Of a stretch of DNA of 64,000 nt, positions 50,792-62,767 are shown piece after piece (positions within the stretch are counted from its first letter, which is position 1; every line of letters starts with the position of its first letter). The stretch comes from Lingula anatina. Its lineage: Eukaryota > Animalia > Brachiopoda. A program made the translations under genes and the position numbers. The notes beneath the pieces are model-generated. The model did not search any database. It was not told the origin of the DNA and worked only from the letters and a program-made list of their open reading frames with translations. The DNA lies in NCBI GenBank assembly GCA_051362555.1, contig CM120647.1, positions 11,570,651 through 11,634,650 of the forward strand, in the 5' to 3' direction.

Positions 50792-52137
50792 TGTTCAGTT
50801 TTTTCAAATTATTTCTGTAGGCTGTGTATCAGTTGTGTATTATAATGGTTATGTGCATGTACATGTATATACAGTTATACAGTTCCCTTAAAAAGGACAT
50901 ATGTGTATAATTATATATTTTAAATATTAAAAAAAATACAAGAATTTGTGCGAGTAAATAAAAGACTTAAATATTAACTTCATATAGCATGTAGTGACCA
51001 AAATGTACAAATCTATACATAAATATGAGCCTTCAAAAGGCATTTCAATAAAATAATTATAGGGATGAAAATTAACTGGGTGCAATTCAGTTCAGAGAAA
51101 CCAAGCTACAAATATAATAATTTACGTGTTTCCATACAATATGTTTGACAAAGGTTATTGTGTTGTTGTTTTGCAGGGCTTTTTCATTCTACGATGTTGA
51201 CATTTAGTAATTGCGATGGGTAATTTTCTGTTATAGCAGTGTTTATAATGTTCAGATATTAACATTGTCATTTGGTGCGGTTATGTCAGTTTATAGTGTG
51301 ACCACGATTTCAAAAAATGTATATGGGTTTTTTAACCTACAGACACGTTTTACTTTTTTTAAAAAGAATTTTTGTGTTGCATATTGTAACATTTGCACAT
51401 CAAATATTTTAATCATAATTTTCATGTTTTGTCAGCGCTTATAAATTAATGCAAGGCAAGTAGGCCTACGAGCATGCTATTTGTTGTCTCACCTGTAGGC
51501 ACGATTGTTTATCGATTGTTTTTTCTCTTACATGAAGTTAAAGGGATTTTCAATGCAAAATCATTATTTCATTTTTATTCCCATTGTCGTTTCAGCTGTG
51601 CTTTCTACTGACATACAAAAAGGGTTGTCCTCAAAAGTTCGTAATATTTATGGGACACTTACTGCTAGAGTAAAAAATAATTTATATTAAAGAGATAAGT
51701 GTTCGAAACAATTTAGAAAATGATATTTGGATGACAGAGAGACAACACAAACCAATAAACTGCGCCTTTTCCGTCATGTTAATTGATTGCTACATATTTA
51801 GGGTTGACAATTTGTTTTGTGACTTGCTGGTGTTAATATAATTGGTGTTGCACTGCACATTTGTGTATATCAGAGCATCTCATGTCATTTATCTTTTCTT
51901 AATTGTATGGTATCCAAGTAGTACACACATGTACGAGTGACTCTTTTCTTTGTAGCAATAAATTGGAAATTATACGGGGCAACGTTTGTTATCTCTTTTA
52001 TAATCTGTCATTATCATAGATGTTTAATTGTTATTTCAAATATTCTAACAAAACATCACATTCCTTTTTAATTTGTTCACCTTGAAAATAAACGAAGACA
52101 ATAGCTAGTATTTATCGCATTTTGTTAGTTTTGGGGG

Positions 52138-52421
52138 CATGCACGAAAATGCAGTAGTGTCGAAGTAGCAAAAAAAGCATTAACGCAGTAGTGGTGTGGA
52201 GCATATTTGCAGTAGAAATGCAGCATAGCATACTGCAATTCTACTCCAAAAAGTACATAGGTTTGTACAGAGAGGAGCATTAACGCAGTATATTAGCAAC
52301 ACGATAGAAGCATGTTTCAAATATGCTAATTAGATCCCAAATCGAAGCAGATTTGAAGCATGTTTGCAGTATGATTGCAGTAGTCTACTGCGCTGGAGTA
52401 TCTACTGAGTTTTCTTGCGGG
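52138..52421. mobile_element. Degenerate MITE with GCAGTAG/AAGCAT internal repeats
   Basis: CATGCACGAAAATGCAGTAG versus CTACTGAGTTTTCTTGCGGG inverted ends. Confidence 0.5.
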
Positions 52422-52752
52422 TGCATACTCGCTGGTTTGACACGTGCTTTTTCTGCAATTTTATGTATTTTGACATCACAGCATAAATTACCATGATGTA
52501 CACGCAAAGAGCTAATAACAGGCTCATGTTTATTTTAACATGTGAAATGTGTTCGTAGAAATTGATGAAAAGAATCCATTTCGTTTAATAGGTAAGCTTG
52601 TCAGAATCAATAATTTACGATTGTGATGCACATTGTGTTGTTAATGACTGGTCTGAAAAATAAGCACCTTCAGCATCATTATACCTCCATCCTGGAACAG
52701 AAAGCTTTGCTGGAAACATGCCTGACATCTTTAAAAACCCCATTGTTATATA

Positions 52753-54396
52753 CAGACTTGACATTTAATATGGAATATTTTTTTCGAAATAAATTTTTAT
52801 CAGTTTTTTCCTATTTTGCTGACTGATAAATGAAAATAAGGATTAAAATCGAGTTTTAATAACTTTAAATTATCTCTCTGATGTCATTGTGACATCAGTT
52901 CATTAATGGAATTCGCCAGAGAAGCAAACAAAAACACATTGCCTATTCTATGCCATACGACTCCCATTAAAAGAGATATTTTGGATCTCCATATTTCCAA
53001 ATTATCGTCTGTAAAAGGGTAATATGCTCCACAAAAGACCCTCATGTCAGTTGCTAGTCACAGTAATGGTCGTTGTTACGCCTGGCCTCTTCGTGGCTAT
53101 TACCAGCGCTCTCAAGCTGCAAGGCATTTCTTGGGGGTAGGTTTTTAGAGTTCAATCTGGAATAGCATTTCAGGCATCGGTCTAAAATTGTTCAAACTGG
53201 TCCAGTTTTGTTGTAGGACATATAGGCAGTTGATTGGTGAGTAATGGTCTACCGAAAGATTGTCTATGTGGTTCAAATGTGGCGATTTTGATGACCAGGG
53301 TAGCTGCTCATTCCCTTGGTTCTGTAAGTTATCTGCTATTAAAAGTGCTCTGTGTGAACCTGCAACCTCAACGTGCAACCTAGAATTGTTCCTAAGGTGC
53401 CCCCTATCAAATGATAGTCAAGTGATGCCGAAATTATTCCTTTATTTGATCTGGTTCAGGTTTTCGTCGATGACTACCATTGCTGTTTTGGCACCAATGT
53501 GGAATCTACTCCAAATACTGACGCTGTCAATCACCCTTGTCACTTTAGACCCGGCATATGGTTCGTCGTAGGCCTCTTCTGGATATCTGTAAACTCTGTT
53601 TTGACTAATTGGGCGGTACAGGTGAAATCTGACAGTGTTTCAGTGTTCTACCCAGAATCGTTCATGGCCCCCAATTCATTAGAGAAACAGACGACGATGT
53701 TTTGCTGTATACAGTGGGTACCTCGGAGGTCGTTTGGTGTTCTTACCTGCTAAAACCAGTTTGGTGTTCGCTAGGGGATTTGAAAAACGCATTTTAGTGG
53801 CAATTTACCCCTCGTTCTGAACGGACTAAGTGTTTTTTGTTTAGTTGCAGCAGCGTATCCCGTAAGACAGTGGGTCCTGTACCCTGTAGGCAAAATTTTG
53901 ATACATTGGGGATGTCCTCTGTGTAGGTACATCAGTCTAGGCATTACTCTATAAAACTGTGGGGACCGTTCCGTTTGGCGCTATGACCTGTCTGGTTATG
54001 TCTGTCATTTTTGCGCCATTTTGCCTTAGATTAACAAATTTGTAATGCACTACTTGACTCATCTTACGCACTGCAAAACTGACCACTTGCATGCAATATT
54101 TCAAATTCTTCTATGCAGTAGTTGCCGAAATATGGATAATTTTTTGACAGAACCAAGCTTTGTCTAAGCCAAGCTTTGATCAGCCTGAAGGAACACTACC
54201 CATTTAAATCACTGCAAATTACATAATGTAGCAGCGCAACAGGCATGAAAGTCAGTTAATTGGTAGTGACACACCTGACTGCACTCTTTTACATTCACAA
54301 ATCTTATATGAGATCGGGTTTTTTTTAAAAAAAGAACGTATTTTTACCTAGGTATACCTTCGAAACTGAAATATTCCATATTAAATGTCAAGTCTG
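52753..54396 (-). mobile_element. Decayed Tc1/mariner transposon (1644 bp)
   Basis: TA|CAGACTTGACATTTAATATGGAATATT TIR at both ends. Minus-strand remnant HRALLIADNLQNQGNEQLPWSSKSPHLNHIDNL matches the W-P-x-x-S-P-D-L-N-P-I-E motif of DD34E transposases. Confidence 0.88.
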
Positions 54397-54854
54397 TATT
54401 TCTTAAATATCCTTCTACTTTTTTATATTTGTGCTCTTTTCTCTCTACCAACTAAATAGCTTTTACTTATACTTTATCAAAAAATTCCTTTTTCAAACCA
54501 TTTTACTAACGTCTGTTGTGTTAAAGAATTGGGGCTCTAGGCAAAACTTCTGTCCAAGAAGCCGAAAGGGTCCATGGATGAGGTCACTTTGCAGCCTTAG
54601 CATTCCCAGCACCATGCCGCTTCCATACCAGAACAAACAAGCTTTAACTAATGAAAATCACTGCTTTATGTACATGTATACATTTTCCATGTAACTTCTC
54701 TCTATAAACTTTTATCTTTTTGTTCTTTTCTCTCAGTCATCCAAATACCATTTTCTAAATTATTAAAAAAAATTCAAATTTTCAGCTTTTCTATGTGTAA
54801 AATAGGGCCGGGTTAAGTATCGGGTCTGGGTTACGTTGGAAAATAGTGGTTATA

Positions 54855-54990
54855 ATATCTTCGAGAACGGGGGGATAGAAAAATCGTCACTGGACTTGTA
54901 CACATTAGCACACTCTTATCAGAAATTAAAGTGCCCGTTGCATCATTTTCTTTGTGTTTTACTTGATTACTCACCTGAAAGATCTACGTA
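54855..54990 (-). pseudogene. Short remnant homologous to 45655-45815 and 58220-58263/59181-59235
   Basis: Shared atcttcgagaac..gatag..gtcactg(g/a)acttgt..cttatcagaaa..gtgcccgttgcatcatt..ctcacctgaaaga. Confidence 0.45.
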
Positions 54991-56275
54991 GTATTAGTAT
55001 GTGTGATCTTCCCCTTTAACAGAGAAATTATAAGCGTTTTACAAAGAGAGCTGTTGACTATTTGTTTTAAATTGCAAAGTTCTGCTGAAGGACTTGACTT
55101 TTACGACGATTGCTGTAGATCTAACAGTAAGACCTTATTGTCTATAACATTTAGGGATTTGGTTTTTTATTACCTCTCTACCTACCCTCCCTTATTTTGC
55201 AATTTCTTCCTGCTAAGTGGCGCCATCTACATGTGCTGTGTTTTTTTCTACGTTACAGGTCAAAAGCCAGGTAAAGTCAGACCAAAATACATTTGTTACA
55301 TGGGCATAACTAGGCATACACACGGATGCACTGTGCGTAAAATCTTTTGGCCAACCATGATATTATTTTATATAAATTTAGTGTATTTTTCACGGAATAT
55401 AAAAAATCCTCTGCGAATTAAAGTCACCTGTATGTACAAATCCTCTGTATAAATTGTACATGTATACGCACTATTGTTCTGCCCCCCCCCCCCCCCCCCC
55501 CCCCGCCTTGCATACTTTTATTGAACTGAGGTAAACAATGTCTGTTACCTTGACAAGTCTTATCTAACTGGAACTTCCTTTACTTCTTAATTGGAGGGTT
55601 GAGTGACCCTCAGCTCTCCTGTAGCCTCTGCCTTTAGAGTATCGAACGCACTCTCGCTGGCTGCTCTTAAAATCGTTTTAATTACTGCTTTTGTTGTATC
55701 ATTTTACACATATAATTATTATTTTTTTTACTCATCTTTTAAGGTGGTTTTAGTAATAAATAAATAAATTTATCATAGGTAAAAACCTACCTGAGTGTTA
55801 TTTTCAAAAAGAAGCTCCCGCAACCCTGGGGCACTAGATAAAATCTGGACACCAGGTTTAATAAGAAGCTAGAGAAACAAAGGAAGAATTTTCCCTGCAA
55901 AGCTTCAAAGAATTTAATACAGCCTTGATTCACCTTACCCCTCCAAACTAACAGGGTGACATGGGCAATTTTCACAAACAAATAATTAAACTTAGATGTA
56001 TCAGAGCTCTGTCGTGTCATACAATTGGTTGTTTTTGGGAGCCATGCACCCACATGAAAGGTGATTGAAACCGTATGTTAGTTCAACTCAAAGGCGGATC
56101 CAGGATTATTCGAAGGGGGTTCCACGTACAGCTGTATGCGAAATTAGCCTCCTTTTAAATAAATATTTCGTTCTGGGTAATAAGAATATTGAAACTTTTT
56201 AAATTTGGAGAATATTTCTGACTAAATGATGTTTTTATTATTAAATGGACATTAAGCTGCGATGTGTGGTACATA

Positions 56276-57915
56276 CAACATTGGTCAAAAATGTTGCCCC
56301 ACCTTCAGAAACATGTGCTTTTATTTATAAATGATCACATCACAGGTGAAGATTGTTATAAACAGTGATTTTCATTCCAGATACCATAACTCACATGATA
56401 AGTGATACAGAAAATACAAACAAGCGGTGAAGATATAAATATCCAATACCGTTTATTCACATTTATTACATGTACCCCCTCAAATCCGACGTTTCACTGT
56501 GATTTTCACAGAGGCAAAGAAATGTCCATTATATTGAAATGACACCACCAAATTTCAAAGTTTACACACATTTTGCGTTAGGGTGTGTTCGTTAAATGCT
56601 CCTTGTCTAATAGCGTTTGTGTTAACCGCGTACTGTAATTATCTCCTGTAGGTGGCGCAGCCTGCCTTCAACAAGGGTAACAATTCTGTTTTATGGGATA
56701 TGTTCCCATTCTCCCTAAAGAGCTTGGGAGAGTTGATCCAGATTATTAGGAGTTTGGTTCTCCTTTGCATTGCACACTTCAATTCATGCCGCAGATGTTT
56801 AGTAAGGTTAATAACATGGCTCAAAGGTGGTTGCTCTATCGTCTAAACATTGGGTTTCTGCAACAAATCACTCAGCAGACGAGAGCATGTGAGCACGTGC
56901 ATTTCCACGATGACGCCTGCCGTATCCATAGTGTCACCCCTTGCAAATGGAGTGAGATATTTCTAAAGAACGTTTCAGTGAATTGCCCAAATAACGTTCT
57001 TTTCGGGAAAGAACAATGCACTAAAACCATGGGCTTGGAATTCGCTCCAAACGTGGTCTGACCTGACACCTCAGGCGATATTATGCTATGTCTATGGGCC
57101 CTGATTTGACCATCAAAGGCATACAAAAAATGTCATGAGTCTTCAGTAAAACTTACTTGTTCATAGTGATGGTTGACCAAGTTCTGGTAGTTCTGGGGAC
57201 ACTGAACCTAGCATTCTCAACCGATACCTCATTCCATCCGCAAAAGGGGGCCTCGGGAGTGATCCTGGTTTCATCATGACAGCTAGCACCCTTGCACACA
57301 GTTCTCATGTGGTGAGTGATTTGTTGCAAAAACCCAATGTTCTGGGGCTGGAGAAACCACCTTTGAATCCTGATAATAAACCTACTGAGCACCCGCGGCA
57401 TGAATTTAAGTCTGCAATGCAGTGGAGAACCAAACCCCAACTAGTCCGGACCAATTCCGCCAAGCTTTTTAGGAAACATGGGGCAAAATCCTACAGAACA
57501 GAATTGTTACCCTTGTTGAAGGCGGTGATGCCGTCTACAGGAGATAATTACAGTGCGCTGTAGCCACACACACACACTAATAGACACGTGACCTTTAATG
57601 AGAATGCCCCAATGCAAAAATGTGTGTAAATTTGGGGACTTTCGGTGGTGTCATTTCAATTTAATGGGCATTTGTTTACCTCCATGTAAATGACAGTGGA
57701 ACATCGGATTTGATGGGGTACAATTAAAATGTGAATAAATGGTATTAAATATGGATATCCTAACTGCTACTTTGTATTTTTGGTACCCATAATCATGTTA
57801 GTTATGGTATCTGTAATGAAAAACACCATTCATACTAATTAACTCCTGTGATGTGATCATTTATAAATAAAAGCACATGAAACTGGGGGTGGGACAATCT
57901 TTTTGACCAATGTTG
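56276..57915. mobile_element. Fold-back Tc1/mariner derivative made of two inverted 3' halves
   Basis: TA|CAACATTGGTCAAAA ends and about 700-bp inverted arms. Each arm holds a decayed transposase C-terminus (+ strand: LGLEKPPLNPDNKPTEHPRHEFK; - strand: GNARAH and SHVINLTKHLRHELK). Confidence 0.85.
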
Positions 57916-58263
57916 TATGCTGTGATTACGCTGTCCTTCATCTGTTGCGTTAATCTGTGCGTACATTTTATAAAGGTCTGGTTACGCCTCTGCCACCGAA
58001 TATCTCTGCTCTCTGAACAGAAACAAGTCATCCGACTTTGGCCCGCCCAGGTGAACTTTGTAGAGTTTGACGCGATATCGAGGGACACAAGCCTTATGTA
58101 CTATAAGCGATAGATGTACATGCATGTAAGTGGTACGAGAGAAACACTTACATGAATGCGGCAGTTGAGAAGCCAAATACTACAGCATACAATGCAATGC
58201 GTTAAAACTATGTTTATAAGATCTTCGGGAACGGGAGATTAGAAAGAAGGCCACTGAACTTGT

Positions 58264-59171
58264 CACCATCGTCATCATCATTTAGAGCCTATAGTGTTCC
58301 ACTGTTGGACAAAGGCCTCAGCATGCTTTTTCCGTTGTTTCCTATTCTGAGCCTCAGATTTCCAGTTTGGCCAAGGTTTCTTCTTCCAAGACTTCCAGTA
58401 GTCATCTGACATGCCCTGCCCACCTCCATTTCATTTCTTTAACTGTGAGCAGTACGTCCTAAACTTTGGTCTGTTCACGTAACCGTACATCCGTTTTCCG
58501 CTCTCTTGGACTGATGTTCAACATAATTCTTTCCATCTTTCTCTGAGCTACTTGTAGCTTGTGTTCCATGGAGGTATTCAGTACCCAGGTCTCTGAACCA
58601 TAGGTGATTGCCGGCAGCACACAAGCATTGAACACTTTCTTTTTCAGGCAGATAGGAAGGTTGCTCTTGAAGATGTCATTGTGCTTCCCATATGCTGCCC
58701 ATCCTGCTTTTATCCTTCGTTTGATTTCTTTCTCCAGTGTTCGATCACTCAGGCTGAACCGTTGCCCAAGGTATATATACTCTTCTAGTGCTTCTACTCT
58801 TTGGTGTTGACCTTCACTGTGCAAGGGGTGGTTAGTGGTCCAAACATCACCTTTGTCTTGCTGGTGTTCATCTTTAGCCCACTTTTCGCGCTTTCATCTG
58901 CTAACGCCTGTAGCATTTCTTTGAGGTCTTTTGCATCATCTGCTACTATTATGATGTCGTCTGCAAACCTAAGGTGATTGAGCCTGGTACCGTCTATGTT
59001 TATCCCCTGGTCCTGCCAGTCTAGATCCCTGAATATACGTTCCAATGCTGCTGTGAACAGTTTAGGAGAGATTGTATCTCCTTGGCGTACACCTTTCTTG
59101 ATCCTGTTCTTATTGGTGGTCTTGTGTAGTTTGACTGTCACAGAGCTATCGGTGTATATGTCTCTGAGGAT
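58264..59171 (-). mobile_element. 5'-truncated RTE-clade non-LTR retrotransposon (RT C-terminal part, frameshifted)
   Basis: KGVRQGDTISPKLF, LRFADDI, EYIYLGQ, VLPAITYGSETW and KWRWAGH motifs. (GAT)n-like 3' tail at 58264-58281. 9-bp TSD tgaacttgt at 58255-58263 and 59172-59180. Confidence 0.93.
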
Positions 59172-60528
59172 TGAACTTGTAGACCTGTTGTTATGAGAAA
59201 TGTAGGTGTTTGCTGCATTACGTTCGCCTCAAAGATCTTGATTGCAATCGTGTGTATATTTTTCTTTTCAATAATAATGTTAAGGGTTCTACAGTGACCC
59301 CGTTTTTTTTTGCCAGGAAAATAATTTGATATGAGGTAACAGTAAGCATGAAATTGTCATAAGTATCACATCAGGGATTTTTACCGCTACATAGAATTTT
59401 CCAAAGAATTTCGACGCATAACACCACAAATTTGACAGCTATAGAATGTACCTATTTTTTCCGATTCAGACATAAAAATAAAAAAAAAAAGAAAAAATAC
59501 CCTCAAATTTATACAAGTTTCCTCCTGAAGTACATGTACATTGAAAGGTATCGTGCTGCAAGTGACTGGCCAGTTGTTTAGAGCAATTTTTCAAACAGGT
59601 TAAGTTTTCGAAAGTGAGAGATAGAACATTGTTATGCGTAGAGGTAAACTGACACATTGAGAATGGCTTGGGCGACCCGATTTTTGGGTTATATGGTGTC
59701 GACCCGGTAACATTTTTAAACGCGGATGGCATACATTTATCAAGATGGAGTTTTCTTATTCTTTTTTAAAAGCGCGACATTTCCAAAAGTTTTTTTTAAA
59801 GAAAAGGCACACAACTATTAATTTTAGCGTCTTTTACATGGGTTATTGTTTGATCTTAAAATAAATACTTGTATGCCCTACACAGAATGAATAACTGAAC
59901 GTAAAAGAAAAATAACAATGACAATACTTAAATTACGAAACAGCGAACCAAAGTGATTTCAATCAATGAAAAACTAGGCATTAAATTATAAGGACAAAAA
60001 TGCAATTAAAACAGATGAGCTGAACTTCTGCTTTATTTCTTTTTTATTTTATCCTTGTAAAACGTGTCCTACAAAACTATTATACCCCTGTATTTTATAT
60101 TTTACCACAAACGCCGTTTTAGGAATTTGATCACTTTATTCAATATTGTGAATAAATGTTTAGGTAAACAATCATGCATGTATTTCATCGCACTCGTTAC
60201 AAAAAGTCGATGATAACACATAGGTAGTCTGTTAATATTAATTCGTGCAAATTGCTAAAGATTCAAGTCGAAACCTGTTCACCTTATTTTTATCTGTTTA
60301 TATATACTGCACGTGTCATCCTTTTTTACAATTAAAAGTTGCACTATGTACATTACAACCTAGTGGCATACTGGACGTCATTTTTGTCATTCATGTCTTT
60401 AGGACATCGTTTTCAAAATTGAGGGATGGCTTAGTAAATGTTCTATGTGTTTTTAACCGACATTGATATTTGTGTCAAAAAAGTTAGAATTTACGCCAAA
60501 ATCTATTTTGATGTCGAATTTTTTCCAA

Positions 60529-62730
60529 TCATTTTCTCATTTGGCGGGTGTGTAGGTCAATGTTAAAGGTGGACATTATCGTCCTCATTTCTTCTTCGGC
60601 AAGCTCTCTAGTTGACTTCTCTGTTGTATTAACTGGAGTTCTAGACTGCGCACTGTATCCATATCTGGTGTCGATGTCACGGTGGGTGTACATGCCTATC
60701 AAAACATAAACCTTTGGAATGTTCAATAAACGTTTTGAATACTTCTGCTCTCTGTATACAAGCAGGTGATCCGATGACGTCCCATCTAGGTGAATTTTGC
60801 AAAGCTTATTTTCCTCCGTTTCACATTCTTTGCCATCAATAACCCATTTAAAGTTCCTGAAGTCTGAGAAAATTCTTTCACTCTGATGTATCTTCCTATT
60901 TGCACTTTTCGATAAAGGGAAAGTTTCATTTTTAAAAATGTAATTTTTCTGGCCAGTAAGCAAGGCCCGTAAACAAGGAATAAGGTGGCCTCGGACAGCT
61001 AAAATGTGGTCTTCAAGAGATTTCTGAAAAGTGCTTAGTGTGTAGATGGCAAGGTTGGCATGTAAAGGTTCGGGTTTGGCGGCGGGTGGATGCTCCGTAA
61101 CAGCACTTTTCAAGAAAGTGATATACCTGCTTTCCTTCCTGTCTTCTTCCGTCATCTGCTTACCGAGAACCATGTAGAAGCTTTCATTACTTGTCCCTAA
61201 TCTGTGAGGTCGTTAAGGAATAACAGCTCTTATAAATCTTCATCAAATTGGAATTATCTTAGATGTGAACCAATGGCTCAAAACAGAAAAAAAGAAAGAA
61301 GTGCGTAGATCGACTATAAGGTATGTGACATTTCATGTATTTAAGCATGGACCTAATGAGAGATTAGGTCCATGATTTAAGGGACCATTAAGGATGAGAA
61401 GAGCCGAGTATTAGCTGGTCGAATTGAGACGAGATTTAAACACTGTGTCCCTGCAGGGACGGGGAGGCGTGGAAGAGGCGAGACACCATTACAAGATTAA
61501 GCGATCTTCCTTTCATGTAGGTCCGCCATATGTAGGTTGTGGATCAGCTATCACTCGGCTCTTCTCATTCTGAGTGGCCTCTTAATCTTTGACATTTGTA
61601 TAACCGGAAGCACCTCAGTTTCGGTTTGCTTTTGGAATTATTGAGAATTATATTGCACTTAAGTAAGTAATTTTGAGGTAGAAGTTAGGGAGGATGGCGC
61701 CATCATTTCTGTTGAGACTGTGTGAAAGTCAATATTTCGATGTTGATTGAAGAAAAAATACTTCATTTTTATATCTCTTTACATAGCTGATGAAATTCTT
61801 CAGTGGCTTGCAATACATACAGTTTTATCACTAATTACATGAGCAAAGCTCGACACTAGAGTTAACTAATCTAAATTCACGAATCTGAAAGTTAGGGGAA
61901 ATATTAACAAATATATCATTACATGACGAGCTATACAAAATGCAACAAACAAGAAATCTCTAGTGTGCAAGGTTCTATTAATCAGAGGAAGTATTCAGTT
62001 TCTGCATCATGAGGGCTGCTTCTCCCATAAAAAATGTACTGCTAAAATGAAATGATTCCCCGAGCTTTACTCATCATAATATGAATATAAAAGCATAAGT
62101 CTATGGACTTTCTGAAAGCAAAAAATCTTTTATTACAGAAAATTATTATATTTTTTGCAAATTTAAGATAGATCAGTGGTCAAATCCAAGGTCATATTTG
62201 AAATAATCGTGAACACATTTTTTCACGGAAAAAATTAAAAAATCAATATTGTAATATAGGTCAGAGGTCAAATCCAAGAAGATATTTAATTTTCGTTGGA
62301 CCAGTGGTCACACTGGTAGCACTAATAAATTTGAGCTGCTATTGGAGACTTTGGCTGTGTTCAGAATGCAAGTTCGCGTACTAGCAGGATCGATCTATTT
62401 TAGCGGGGATTCTAAGGTGTAGTGACATTTCTAGAAAGCCCCTCACAAAGCAACATGAACAAAATCATGGGCTACATACTTTTCCTAACAGAGATAGATC
62501 AATCTTGCTAGTACAATAACTTTTATTCTGAACACAGTCTTTATTTGCTACATTTAATATTTAAGGCTATAACATGTGCCATATTTCTTTTTAACTTAAC
62601 TTTTTCCTACTTTTCTACAGTACGTGATGAAACAAACAAACAAACAAACAAAAAAAAAATGTCTGAAATATGCCAGCCTCCAAGAGGAACAAAAACATGT
62701 TCTATGAATTTACCTCTCCAAATTGTTTTG

Positions 62731-62767
<37 letters not shown>

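Larger units (their letters stand above)
56230..59290 (-). pseudogene. Third family member, disrupted by LINE and Tc1 insertions
   Basis: 57985-58070 encodes KLYKVHLGGPKSDDLFLFREQRYS versus ELRKVHLDGDSSDHILLFREQRYS in paralog A. Removing the Tc1 joins it to ..RSLMSI* (compare RAIMSTF). A U12-like CCCTTAAC lies at about 59279-59286. Confidence 0.65.

Noticed and set aside
55003-55452. 149-aa + strand ORF; likewise 27817-28230 (+) and 63290-63631 (+)
   Set aside because: Composition typical of AT-rich non-coding DNA or non-ATG starts, with no motifs, paralogs or splice support
59466-59732. 88-aa ORF that might be exon 1 of the decayed third paralog (GATACCTTT resembles a damaged U12 donor)
   Set aside because: No detectable peptide similarity to exon 1 of paralog A or B by eye
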